Positions 37,647 through 47,569 of a DNA stretch of 64,000 bases are shown here, one piece after another (positions within the stretch are counted from its first letter, which is position 1; each line of letters begins with the position of its first letter). The DNA is from an uncultured bacterium (GTDB lineage Bacteria; Babelota; Babeliae; Babelales; Babelaceae): assembly GCA_963848965.1 (NCBI GenBank), contig CAWKFG010000004.1:352001-416000 (forward strand), read 5' to 3'. Below the pieces are notes generated by a model, which saw only the letters and a program-made list of their open reading frames with translations, was not told where the DNA came from and did no database searches. The position numbers and the translations under genes were made by a program.

Positions 37647-38798
37647 TTATTTAAGAAGAGCAAGTAATTGGTCTCTTCGTTTTAGTATGCTACTAAAGAA
37701 ATGAGCACTACAATAACGAGTATGGCTCTTTATTGCCTCTTCAAACATCCAATGTAAAGCTTTAAGAGAAAGCTTTTTGTATCGCTTTAAGCTTTCAGGT
37801 GAATGGATATGAACTTGAGAAATAGAGATACCCTTATGCACTCTACTTAGCACATCGCAGGAATTCCAGTCATATTGAACCCATAAGCTATTTTTCCACA
37901 TTACAACTGGCAAATGCGTTACATTGAGGGTATTCCAGTATAAAATATAATCGAGTGGAACAACATAGTGGGCTTCCTTATTAGTAAACTTTTTATAAGC
38001 ACATAGTTCATTAAGACATAATCCAACATTTTTACGATGTTGCTGCAATAAGACAGTACCATTCTTCTCATCTTGCCCAAGGGCAATAGGAAGAGAGATG
38101 TAAAAGACTTCATTAAACGGAAAAGGTTCATTATATAAATCATCATCACCGTATGCAATTTCCTGAATAAAAGGAGGTTCGCCACTACGCACTCGTGCTG
38201 GTACAATAAAAGCAGCATTATCAATAAGCGCTAAATATGCTTTTCCATCTTTATCAAGAGATACAAGTTGATTTCCTGGATGCGGATCCCATTGCCCAAA
38301 AATATAATAAAAAATTTGCCTATCACTCTTAGTCTGCTCTGATAGAAGGCTGAAAGCATGATCTCTTTCGCTATCTTTTAAAAGATCAAAAGGAGATTCT
38401 ACAAAGAACTGGAGACTTCCTCTCATTTTTTTATGCGTTTTAAGCACAGTGGGGGGAACAAGACGCAATCGAAGCCATTGACTTGCTCTATAAGCTGCTA
38501 CTTCCCCATAAGCTTTAAAAAGGCGTCCAGCTTCTGGCTTAAAAACTGCTTTTAAGCCATTTGCAAGTGTAGCAACATATACTTTAGTTTTATAAAAAAC
38601 GACTCTTCCTTTTTCTTTTAAATAATCTTTCATCTCTTTTAATTCAACAATAGGCTCTTTACGTAATTGTTCTTCAATACCAGCAAAATCAAGGTGATCA
38701 TCCCAGACTGGCTGCTTCGTATGTGTAACGCCTTTAATACCATAAGTGCAAAGAGTAAAAATCATTAACAAAAGGTAGAGAGATCTATAAAAACACAT
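37647..38798 (-). CDS. Secreted atypical kinase, PI4K-II/FAM20-like, catalytic motifs intact (array copy 1)
   Basis: AVFKP, YGEVAAY, GSLQFFVE, GQWDPHPGN, LIDNA. Start placed at ATG 38798 (AGAGG RBS). Confidence 0.8.
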   Translation of the reverse strand: MCFYRSLYLLLMIFTLCTYGIKGVTHTKQPVWDDHLDFAGIEEQLRKEPIVELKEMKDYLKEKGRVVFYKTKVYVATLANGLKAVFKPEAGRLFKAYGEVAAYRASQWLRLRLVPPTVLKTHKKMRGSLQFFVESPFDLLKDSERDHAFSLLSEQTKSDRQIFYYIFGQWDPHPGNQLVSLDKDGKAYLALIDNAAFIVPARVRSGEPPFIQEIAYGDDDLYNEPFPFNEVFYISLPIALGQDEKNGTVLLQQHRKNVGLCLNELCAYKKFTNKEAHYVVPLDYILYWNTLNVTHLPVVMWKNSLWVQYDWNSCDVLSRVHKGISISQVHIHSPESLKRYKKLSLKALHWMFEEAIKSHTRYCSAHFFSSILKRRDQLLALLK

Positions 38799-38899
38799 AC
38801 TTTCCTCTTTTATACTAACATACGTTGAATATTGCATAATCTTGCTTTTTTATTCTATGCTTTTTCAGACAATCTTTACAAGAGAAAAAAGGAGATTCT

Positions 38900-39175
38900 A
38901 TGAAGAGAAAACTTTCGCTTACTCTCTTTGTGGGCATTCAGCTCTTCTTTGTCTTCTTCTACATTTATGATCAAAGTCAAAAAATTCAATTATCTTATCA
39001 AAAGCAGAAATATGAAAAACTCAAAGTAGAACTCCTTGATAAACGGCAAACATTAAAACAGGCATTACATGCAACTCATAATCTTACAGCAATTAAAGCG
39101 TTTGCCATAAACTCGAACATGCACAAAGTAAAACTTCACCAAATAAAGACGTTAAATCATGAATGTACAGCATAA
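38900..39175 (+). CDS. FtsL-like cell division protein
   Basis: Small bitopic protein (TM plus coiled coil) overlapping the start of ftsI. Confidence 0.6.
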   Translation: MKRKLSLTLFVGIQLFFVFFYIYDQSQKIQLSYQKQKYEKLKVELLDKRQTLKQALHATHNLTAIKAFAINSNMHKVKLHQIKTLNHECTA

Positions 39176-40796
39176 CAGCCGACTAAGCATTATTTTTATG
39201 TGCTTTATTACACTTTACGTTCTCGTACTCTTTAATCTTTATATTTTGCAGATCAGAAAGTCGGGCTTTTATAAAACATTGGGAAACCAACAATACCATG
39301 TAACTGTTACTATTATGCCTCCTCGTGCAGAGGTTTATGATCGTACTGGGATACAACCTCTTGCTATGAACAAAGAAAGCCTTTCTGCTTTTATTATGCC
39401 TTCACGACTTGAACATGTTAAAGCAGTTAAAACATTTTTAGCGCGCCATTTTCCGCTTGCTCATGAACGTCTTAAAAAAAGTAAGCATCTTCACTTTATG
39501 TACATCAAACGACGATTGAGCCCAGAACAATTGACAGCAATTGAAAAAAGCGGCCTTACTGATATTAAACTTTTAAAAGAACCAAGTCGCTTTTATCCTA
39601 TTCCCTCTGTAGGGCCTCTTGTAGGTATTACAGACATTGATAACCACGGCATGTTTGGTATTGAGTTGCTCTACAATACACAGCTTTCAGGAAAACCTTC
39701 TACCTATCTTTTACAAAAAGACTGTCGGTCCGGTCACTTTTATTTTAAAAGGGAAACAAAAGTACAAGGAGCACAAGGAGAACCAGTTACTCTTTCAATA
39801 GATAGCGTCCTACAATTTCTTGCATATGAAGAACTTAAGGAAACTGTTGAGCAATTAGGCTCTCAAGAAGGATCTGTGCTTATTACTAATCCAGATACCG
39901 GCGAAATTATTGTAATGGCTCACTATCCTGATTTTAATCCTAATGAAACCGAACAACTTGATGTAGCTCATACAAAAAATCGTAGTATTACCGATGCCTA
40001 TGAACTAGGTTCTGTCATAAAAGCATTTCTTGCCCTTGCTGCACTCGAAGAAAAGGTTGTCTCTCCAAATGAATATATTGATTGTGAAAATAAAACAGTT
40101 GCAACTTTAGAAGGCATTAAGTTTTCTACATGGAAAGCACATGGCGTTATTCCATTTTCTGAAGTTATTCAGTTTTCTAACAACGTTGGTGTTGCAAAAG
40201 TAGCACAGCGAGTAGGGACAAAACTCTATGACCATTATAGAAAGTTAGGATTCGGACAAAAAATTGGTATATTTCCTGGTGAAAATAAAGGATTTATTAA
40301 CCCTCCAACCCAATGGTCTAAAGCATCTTTAATTTCTCTTTCCTTTGGTTACGAAATAAGCGCTACATTAGTACAACTTGCTCAAGCATTAAGCATCATT
40401 GCAAATGATGGTTACTTGATTCGTCCTCGTCTTCTTAAAATAGGAGATAATGAAGTAATTCAAAAAGAAGGACCACTATATAGTAAAGAGGCTATCACAC
40501 AAATGAAAGAGATATTGCACAAAACAATTACTGAAGGAGCCGCAAAAAAAGCGAACATTCAAGGATACGATATTATGGGTAAAACAGGAACAGCACGCTT
40601 ACTTACTAATGGTACCTACGACCCTAACCGTCATATCTTTACCTTTATGGCAATTGTACAGAAAGGAACATACAAACGTATTGTTATAACATTCTTAAAA
40701 GAAACAACGAAAAAGGGACTTTTAGCATCGAGCATTGCAGCTCCCCTTTTTGAAAAAATTGCTCATAAAATGCTTATCCATGACAAAATAGTATAG
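39159..40796 (+). CDS. ftsI: Class B penicillin-binding protein (PBP3)
   Basis: RAEVYDRTG, RFYP, GIE, SVIK (SxxK), SNN, KTGT. Confidence 0.88.
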   Translation: MNVQHNSRLSIIFMCFITLYVLVLFNLYILQIRKSGFYKTLGNQQYHVTVTIMPPRAEVYDRTGIQPLAMNKESLSAFIMPSRLEHVKAVKTFLARHFPLAHERLKKSKHLHFMYIKRRLSPEQLTAIEKSGLTDIKLLKEPSRFYPIPSVGPLVGITDIDNHGMFGIELLYNTQLSGKPSTYLLQKDCRSGHFYFKRETKVQGAQGEPVTLSIDSVLQFLAYEELKETVEQLGSQEGSVLITNPDTGEIIVMAHYPDFNPNETEQLDVAHTKNRSITDAYELGSVIKAFLALAALEEKVVSPNEYIDCENKTVATLEGIKFSTWKAHGVIPFSEVIQFSNNVGVAKVAQRVGTKLYDHYRKLGFGQKIGIFPGENKGFINPPTQWSKASLISLSFGYEISATLVQLAQALSIIANDGYLIRPRLLKIGDNEVIQKEGPLYSKEAITQMKEILHKTITEGAAKKANIQGYDIMGKTGTARLLTNGTYDPNRHIFTFMAIVQKGTYKRIVITFLKETTKKGLLASSIAAPLFEKIAHKMLIHDKIV

Positions 40797-40853
40797 TAGC
40801 TTTTTATACACTTTTATCGTAAGATAAAAAAGTACTTCAACCAGAAAGGCTTT

Positions 40854-41357
40854 ATGATGATACGCTTTCTTTATCTTTGTATCTTTATGAGTTATGTCTT
40901 TTCGCTTTCTGCTTTGGACACCATTGAGCAAGCTATATATACAAGTAATCCTAGTCTTTTAAGTTTTCTTGAAGAAACTCCTGAATATACTGTTACTGTA
41001 TCTGAAAAGTCTAAAAATCAATACATTGCACAAGTTGATGAAACAATTACTAAGTACAAAAAAGCTTTGAGTGACCCTCTCTTGACTAGTGCACCTAGCC
41101 TCATAGAACGGTATATAACATTGCTCTTAACAAGTAGTGCCTTCATTTATATTACGTATATGATTAACAATCAGAACGTAAGATTACCAGTAACCGGTCT
41201 TTTTTTGGCTTGCACGTGGATTCATAGCATCTTTAATTTTATACAGATAATTAAAGCACACACCACTCTTCAACCAGAAGAGCTGTTGAAAAAAGCACAA
41301 AAAATTAAAGAGGTTCTCACTGCATTACCAGCATCTCCAGCATCGAGGAGAAAATAG
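40854..41357 (+). CDS. Hypothetical membrane protein (paralog A)
   Basis: Signal peptide plus two TM segments; similar to the next gene. Confidence 0.65.
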   Translation: MMIRFLYLCIFMSYVFSLSALDTIEQAIYTSNPSLLSFLEETPEYTVTVSEKSKNQYIAQVDETITKYKKALSDPLLTSAPSLIERYITLLLTSSAFIYITYMINNQNVRLPVTGLFLACTWIHSIFNFIQIIKAHTTLQPEELLKKAQKIKEVLTALPASPASRRK

Positions 41358-41358
41358 C

Positions 41359-41826
41359 ATGAAGAATATTATAGCTATTTTAAGTATCTGTATACCATTT
41401 TCAACAGCTCCTTATGTAATAAAAACAGCAGTTGATACGCTTAATCCGGAGCTTCTTTACTTTCTTGAAAATCAAAATGGTTATACCATAAAAATAAACG
41501 AAAAGCTTAAACAGCACTTTATACAAAAGCTTGATACCCAACTTCATGAATCAAAGGAGCTCCTTCATTCTCCTTACTCACAAGCAGAAACAATTGCACT
41601 TGTAATTGCAGGGCTCTTCTTTGGATCTTCACTCTATGCAATAAAGACCCTCATTGAAGATCCTATGCTGGCTCCGAGTGTACGGTATAGTACACTTGGA
41701 GGGTGGCTTACTATAAGTGCGCTCAGTACCGCAATGAGTTTAAAGCTTCTTAATCGCTCCGGCGTTAAAGGAATAGCTAAACGGTGTAAAAAATTAAAAA
41801 TGCTTATTAATAAGTGTAATACATAA
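41359..41826 (+). CDS. Hypothetical membrane protein (paralog B)
   Basis: Same layout as the previous gene; shared NP.LL.FLE...YT. Confidence 0.65.
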   Translation: MKNIIAILSICIPFSTAPYVIKTAVDTLNPELLYFLENQNGYTIKINEKLKQHFIQKLDTQLHESKELLHSPYSQAETIALVIAGLFFGSSLYAIKTLIEDPMLAPSVRYSTLGGWLTISALSTAMSLKLLNRSGVKGIAKRCKKLKMLINKCNT

Positions 41827-41835
41827 AGAGATGTT

Positions 41836-42762
41836 ATGGAGCATACTACCATTCCAGCTGATATACCATGCACTATGCATGAAGAGTATGTCAAAAATTA
41901 TCTTGCGCTTACTAAAGGTACTGATCGTCTTTTACTATTTGCTGCAGATCATAAGATTGAGCATTTAGATAAAGATTTTCTTGGCCCTTCTATCGCTTCA
42001 GAAGCTCATAACCCCGAATATATCTTTAAAATTGCTCATCAAGGAACAATTGGCGCACTAGCAACACAGCTTGGGCTTATAGCGCGGTATGGAAAAAAAT
42101 ACCCTCATGTTAACTATATTGTTAAGCTTAATTCTAAAACAAACATAGTAGGTACTGAACATAAGGATCCCTTTAGTAGACAGCTCTGGCATGTTGAACA
42201 AGTAATTACATTTAAGCAGTTTTCTGGCCTTCTTATCCGTGGTATTGGCCTTACTGTTTATCTTGGAAGTGAATATGAAGATCTTATGCTTGAACAAGCA
42301 GCACAAGCTATATATAAAGCTCATCAACATGGTCTTATTTCCATCTTATGGATGTACCCTCGAGGAAAATACGTTCAAGATCCAAAAGACGGAGCACTTA
42401 CTGCTGGAGCTACTGGAGTTGCAACTGCATTAGGAGCCGACTTTACAAAAATTAATGTTCCTCATCCAACACACGAGCACTCGCGTACAGCACTCCTTAA
42501 AAGAGCTGTAGAAGCTGCAGGAACTACTAAAGTACTGTGTGCAGGTGGCCAAACACAACCGATTAACCAGTTATTACATGACGTTTATGAACAACTTACT
42601 AATGGGGGTACTGCAGGATTGGGTATCGGTCGCAACATTTATCAACGTCCATTCGACACAGCTATCGCTCTTACACAGGCGCTTTCTGCACTCATTTACG
42701 ATCACGTTGATACTACCACTGCTCTGCATATGGTAAAGAATCACCTCTCTACTCAACTATAA
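41836..42762 (+). CDS. fbaB: Class I (DhnA-type) fructose-bisphosphate aldolase
   Basis: FAADHKIEH, VKLNSKT, LWMYPRG, LGADFTK (Schiff-base Lys), AGG, IGRNIYQ. Confidence 0.85.
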   Translation: MEHTTIPADIPCTMHEEYVKNYLALTKGTDRLLLFAADHKIEHLDKDFLGPSIASEAHNPEYIFKIAHQGTIGALATQLGLIARYGKKYPHVNYIVKLNSKTNIVGTEHKDPFSRQLWHVEQVITFKQFSGLLIRGIGLTVYLGSEYEDLMLEQAAQAIYKAHQHGLISILWMYPRGKYVQDPKDGALTAGATGVATALGADFTKINVPHPTHEHSRTALLKRAVEAAGTTKVLCAGGQTQPINQLLHDVYEQLTNGGTAGLGIGRNIYQRPFDTAIALTQALSALIYDHVDTTTALHMVKNHLSTQL

Positions 42763-42840
42763 GAGTATCATCAATCAGTGATAACTTATTTATTTTAATG
42801 AAGAAAACTCTATACATAAGTATTGAACAAAAGTAAGCGA

Positions 42841-42876
42841 GAGGATTCCTCCAGCTTCTGTAAGTGGAAGATGAAT
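42841..42876 (-). mobile_element. Possible IS200/IS605-family end remnant (solo hairpin)
   Basis: Minus strand ATTCATCTTCCACTTACAGAAGCTGGAGGAATCCTC, an imperfect hairpin between convergent genes. Family resemblance is from recall only. Confidence 0.35.
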
Positions 42877-42942
42877 CTGGTTAGGTGTTATAAGCGTTGC
42901 ACAAGAGAGCAGCAAGCTTCCAATCTTCTTAACCATTACTTA

Positions 42943-44145
42943 CTAACGAATTGATTGGTACCCTCCTAAAACTCCTTTTTTAGAAAGAACAAGCTGCCAT
43001 AGTTGGGCACCACGTGCTCGGAAAAGTCCAGCACATGAAAGTAAATAGTATTTCCACATACGATAAAACTTGTCTCCGTAGGTATCTCTTAACGTTGGCC
43101 AGTTTCTGTCAAAATTTTCATACCAACTCATGAGCGTTTTATCGTAATCTGCACCAAAATTATGCCAATCTTCCATAACAAACAGATTTTCAAGTGCTGT
43201 ACCCACTTGAGCTATTGAAGGAATGAGACCATTAGGGAAAATATATTTTTCAATCCATGGATCTGGTACTGTTGTAGATATATTACCACCAATGGCATGC
43301 AGTAAAAAGAGTCCATTATTTTTAAGCACTTGATGTACACGCTCCATAAATGTTTTATAATTTTTGTATCCTACATGCTCAAACATGCCTACGCTTACAA
43401 CTCTATCAAAGATATCGTCTACATCTCGGTAATCTTGGAGCCTAATCTCTACAGGAAGACCCTTACAATAGTCTTGTGCAGTACGAGCTTGTTCTTTAGA
43501 AATGGTAACTCCCACTACTGAAACATTATACTTTTCTGCCATATAGCGAGCAAGTCCTCCCCAGCCACAACCAATATCAAGCACTTTCATACCTGGTTTT
43601 AGATATAGCTTCTTGCAAATAAGCTCAAGCTTATGCTCTTGAGCTTCATCTAAATGAGATGCATTTTTCCAATAACCGCATGAATAGATCATGCGCTTAT
43701 CAAGCATAGCTTTAAACAGATCATCTCCTAAGTCATAGTGTCGCTCGCCTACCTCAAAGGCCCGTGTTTTTGTTTGTAAATTCATAAGTTGTGCCTTAAG
43801 ATAAGCCCATAACCACGGCCATGTTAAAGAAATCTTATTGTAGAGCTCTGCACGCAAAATGCGAAAAAAGAAATCATCAAGCGCAGGGGTATCCCACCAG
43901 CCTTCTATATAAGCTTCACCAAGTCCAAGTGATCCTTGGCTCAATACACGATCATAGAGCTTATCATTATAGACAAGCATATCCCATGGGCGTGTTCCAT
44001 TAATACGTATATCTGCTTGTTCTAAAAGGTTTTGTGCTAATTTTTTTGAATCATTTTGTGAAAAACCCCGGTTTTTTATTACCACCAAAGAAAAAATAAA
44101 TACTAAGGTTGCTCCCCACCATACTGCTCGTACTCGTGTAGCCAT
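42943..44145 (-). CDS. cfa: Cyclopropane-fatty-acyl-phospholipid synthase
   Basis: GSLGLGEAY, HYDLGDDLF, YSCGYW, LDIGCGWG, SVGMFEHVG, RMWKYYL. Start ATG 44145 (44187 is an alternative). Confidence 0.94.
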   Translation of the reverse strand: MATRVRAVWWGATLVFIFSLVVIKNRGFSQNDSKKLAQNLLEQADIRINGTRPWDMLVYNDKLYDRVLSQGSLGLGEAYIEGWWDTPALDDFFFRILRAELYNKISLTWPWLWAYLKAQLMNLQTKTRAFEVGERHYDLGDDLFKAMLDKRMIYSCGYWKNASHLDEAQEHKLELICKKLYLKPGMKVLDIGCGWGGLARYMAEKYNVSVVGVTISKEQARTAQDYCKGLPVEIRLQDYRDVDDIFDRVVSVGMFEHVGYKNYKTFMERVHQVLKNNGLFLLHAIGGNISTTVPDPWIEKYIFPNGLIPSIAQVGTALENLFVMEDWHNFGADYDKTLMSWYENFDRNWPTLRDTYGDKFYRMWKYYLLSCAGLFRARGAQLWQLVLSKKGVLGGYQSIR

Positions 44146-44332
44146 AATACTTGACCCTTTTCCGCTCTCATTTTTATGTGTCTTCATGTACCATACAAAA
44201 ATTTATTTCCTCGGTGCTATAAAATAATCACAAAAAATTCTTGTCTGTATGTTTTGCTGGTTGTATTTTCTTGCCAAGAACAACAGTTTTCTTGTAAAGT
44301 TTTAGTAAGAACCTATAAAGTAAAGGGCCCTT

Positions 44333-45382
44333 GTGAATAAAAACTATACTTCTCTTTTCTTTTTTACTGTCTTTACCCTTACTACATCAGCAGTTCCTCT
44401 GCCCTTAAAAAGAAACATTGTTATAGGTTTTATGGGCGATGTCATGATTGGCAGAACTGTTAATGAAAAAATAGAGCAAACGTCATATGCATACCCCTGG
44501 GGTAACATAAGATCCTTACTGCACAGCAACGACTTTAATATAATCAATTTAGAAACTACTCTTACTACAAGTACGACCAAAGTACCTAAAGTGTTCAATT
44601 TTAAAGCTAATCCCGATAAAGTACAAACATTGCTAGCAGGTTCTATTCATGTCGCTAATGTTGCCAATAATCATATCCTAGACTTTTCTCTAGAGGGTAT
44701 GTTTGAAACACTCGCTACACTAGATCAAGCAGGTATTAAGCATGTAGGCGCTGGGAAAAATGAATATGAAGCACGCACTCCTGTTATTTTAGAAAAAAAA
44801 GGCATTAGGATAGGAATTTTAGGATACACAGATAATGAACCAACATGGGCTGCAGAACCAGACAAACCAGGAACAAATTACATTAAAGTAGGTGACCTTA
44901 CTACAATCAAAGAAGATATTCAAAAACTCAAGAGATATGTTGATATCATTATAGTTTCGATCCATTGGGGCCCTAATTTTAGAGAAAAACCAAATCCCTA
45001 CTTTAGAGACTTTGCTCATAAAATAATAGAAAGTGGAGCAGATATTATTCATGGCCATAGTGCTCATATTTTGCAAGGTATAGAAGTTTATAAAGAGAAA
45101 CTTATTATGTACGATACAGGCGATTTTATTGACGATTATGCAGTACATTCTTTCTTACCAAATAACCAGTCTTGTTTATTCTTAGTATGCGTAAGTAAAG
45201 AAGGAGTACACAGGCTCCAGCTTGTTCCCGTTGTAATAAAAAATATGCAAGTTAATAAAGCCTACGCAAGAGACTATCATACTATTATAGAGAGAGTTAA
45301 AAAACTTTCCCAAGAGTTAGGAACACAGGTAACTGATACTGGAGAAGCCTTTATTAAAAAGCAAAACTATACCTTTTTATAA
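44333..45382 (+). CDS. CapA (PGA_cap) family metallophosphoesterase
   Basis: GDVMIGR, INLE, ANNHILD, SIHWG, GHSAH, YDTGDF. Confidence 0.9.
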   Translation: MNKNYTSLFFFTVFTLTTSAVPLPLKRNIVIGFMGDVMIGRTVNEKIEQTSYAYPWGNIRSLLHSNDFNIINLETTLTTSTTKVPKVFNFKANPDKVQTLLAGSIHVANVANNHILDFSLEGMFETLATLDQAGIKHVGAGKNEYEARTPVILEKKGIRIGILGYTDNEPTWAAEPDKPGTNYIKVGDLTTIKEDIQKLKRYVDIIIVSIHWGPNFREKPNPYFRDFAHKIIESGADIIHGHSAHILQGIEVYKEKLIMYDTGDFIDDYAVHSFLPNNQSCLFLVCVSKEGVHRLQLVPVVIKNMQVNKAYARDYHTIIERVKKLSQELGTQVTDTGEAFIKKQNYTFL

Positions 45383-45411
45383 AAAAAGGGGTCAGGAAAT
45401 CCTGACCCCTT
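45381..45411 (-). terminator. Intrinsic terminator of groESL
   Basis: aaaaaaaggggtcagga-aa-tcctgacccctt; U-tract on the minus strand. Confidence 0.8.
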
Positions 45412-45421
45412 CGTTAAAAAC

Positions 45422-47062
45422 TTAGTACATTTCAGGCATACCCATACCACGGCCATGACCATGTCCATGAGCTGCTTCTTTCTTCTCTTCCGGAATCTCT
45501 GTAATAAGAGCTTCGGTAGTCAAAAGAAGACCTGCAATAGATGCAGCATTCTGCAATGCAGAACGTACTACTTTAGCAGGATCGATGATACCAGCCTTGA
45601 TCATATCAATAAATTCACCGGTCTTTGCATCAAACCCAAGAGCACCTGTCTCAGTGCGCACTTTGTTGACAATCACAGAAGCTTCATAGCCTGCATTTGA
45701 AGAGATAATACGTAGTGGCTCTTCAAGCGCACGAACAATTATTTGTGCACCAAGTTGCTCATCACCTTCAAGCTTGAGTTTGCCTACTACTTCTTGTGCC
45801 CGAAGTAATGCTACACCACCACCTGCTACAATACCTTCTTCTACAGCAGCACGAGTTGCATGCAATGCATCTTCAATACGATCTTTCTTCTCTTTCATTT
45901 CAGTTTCAGTAGCAGCACCAACTTTAATAACCGCTACACCACCAGAAAGCTTAGCAAGACGTTCTTGAAGCTTTTCTTTATCATAATCTGAAGTTGTATT
46001 CTCAATTTGAGCCTTGATTTGCATAATGCGGCCTTTAATAGCATCTGGGCTACCAGCACCTTCAATAATAGTAAAGGTATCTTTAGTAATAACCGCTTTC
46101 TTTGCACGACCCAAATCGTGAATCATGATATTTTCAAGCTTAACTCCAAGCTCCTCTGATACCATTTTGCCACCAGTAAGGATTGCAATATCCTCAAGCA
46201 TCGCTTTACGTCTATCACCAAATCCAGGAGCTTTTACAGCAACTGCATTAAGCGTTCCACGAAGCTTATTTACCACTAAGGTTGCAAGAGCTTCACCTTC
46301 AATATCTTCTGCAATAATAAAGAGCGGACGACCTGCTTTTGCAATTTGCTCAAGTACAGGCAATAAGCTCTTCATACTTGATATTTTTTTGTCATAAAGC
46401 AAGATAAATGGATCTTGAAGCACTGCTTCCATCTTTTCAGCATCCGTTACAAAGTAAGGAGAAATGTACCCACGATCACATTGCATACCATCAACGAACG
46501 CAATTTCACTTTCCATACTCTTTGCTTCTTCAACGGTAATAACACCATCTCGGCCTACACGTTCCATTGCTTGAGCAATTTGCTCACCAATAAACGTATC
46601 AGAGTTTGCAGAAATAGTAGCTACTTGCTGAATCTCTTTTTTATCACTTACTTTCTTTGATTGATCTTTAATATATTCAACTACTGCAGTAACTGCTTTA
46701 TCAATACCGCGCTTTACTTCCATTGGATTTGCACCAGCAGTTACAAACTTATTACCTTCTCTAAAGATCGCTTGTGTAAGCACTGTCGCCGTTGTTGTTC
46801 CATCACCAGCTACATCAGCAGTTTTGCTTGCAGCTTCACGAACCATTTGAGCACCCATATTTTCAAGTGAATCTGGAAGCTCAATCTCCTTTGCAACACT
46901 CACACCGTCTTTGGTAATCGCAGGAGCACCAAACTTTTTTTCATAGGCAACATTACGACCACGGGGCCCAAGAGTTACCTTTACTGCATTTGCTAGTGCA
47001 TCAACACCTTGTGCAAGCTTTTGACGAGCATCAGCACCATACAAAATTTTCTTTCCAGCCAT
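45422..47062 (-). CDS. groL: Chaperonin GroEL
   Basis: [35 protein letters not shown]. Confidence 0.98.
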   Translation of the reverse strand: MAGKKILYGADARQKLAQGVDALANAVKVTLGPRGRNVAYEKKFGAPAITKDGVSVAKEIELPDSLENMGAQMVREAASKTADVAGDGTTTATVLTQAIFREGNKFVTAGANPMEVKRGIDKAVTAVVEYIKDQSKKVSDKKEIQQVATISANSDTFIGEQIAQAMERVGRDGVITVEEAKSMESEIAFVDGMQCDRGYISPYFVTDAEKMEAVLQDPFILLYDKKISSMKSLLPVLEQIAKAGRPLFIIAEDIEGEALATLVVNKLRGTLNAVAVKAPGFGDRRKAMLEDIAILTGGKMVSEELGVKLENIMIHDLGRAKKAVITKDTFTIIEGAGSPDAIKGRIMQIKAQIENTTSDYDKEKLQERLAKLSGGVAVIKVGAATETEMKEKKDRIEDALHATRAAVEEGIVAGGGVALLRAQEVVGKLKLEGDEQLGAQIIVRALEEPLRIISSNAGYEASVIVNKVRTETGALGFDAKTGEFIDMIKAGIIDPAKVVRSALQNAASIAGLLLTTEALITEIPEEKKEAAHGHGHGRGMGMPEMY

Positions 47063-47089
47063 TGTTTTCTATCCTATTTCGATTAATTA

Positions 47090-47374
47090 TTATTCAACAA
47101 TACCAAGAATTTCTTCTTCTCTGATAATAACAAGTTCTGAACTTGCTTCAGTACCTGCATACTTACCAAAGAAGACAACATCGCCTACTTTTACTTGCAT
47201 AGGCATCGTTTTGCCATCGTTGAGCACTCGCCCTGTTCCTATGGCAAGCACTTTTCCTGTCTGGCCTTTCTCTTTAGCCACATCAGGAATAATAATTCCA
47301 GCCGCTGTCTTTTCCTCATGAGGAATTCGCTTGACCAATACTCGATCAAGAAGCGGACGAATTTTCTCTACCAT
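47090..47374 (-). CDS. groS: Co-chaperonin GroES
   Basis: [25 protein letters not shown]. Confidence 0.98.
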   Translation of the reverse strand: MVEKIRPLLDRVLVKRIPHEEKTAAGIIIPDVAKEKGQTGKVLAIGTGRVLNDGKTMPMQVKVGDVVFFGKYAGTEASSELVIIREEEILGIVE

Positions 47375-47569
47375 GCATCCTCCTTATAGATACACAAGGT
47401 TATTACTTCTACTATATTTTTAGTATACCTGATAGGAAAAATTATGCAATATTTTATAGGAAGTGACTCATATTTTCTTATATAGTAGAGCTCAAAACTT
47501 ATTTACGTAGATATAACTCCTCTAGACAATAATAAAAGACCTCGTTCACAATCTTATGAAAGAGACTTA

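Noticed and set aside
44333..45382. Poly-gamma-glutamate capsule locus
   Set aside because: Only a CapA-family gene is present, with no capB/capC nearby; stand-alone CapA homologs are common.
47375..47569. CIRCE/HrcA operator upstream of groES
   Set aside because: No TTAGCACTC-N9-GAGTGCTAA-like inverted repeat is visible.
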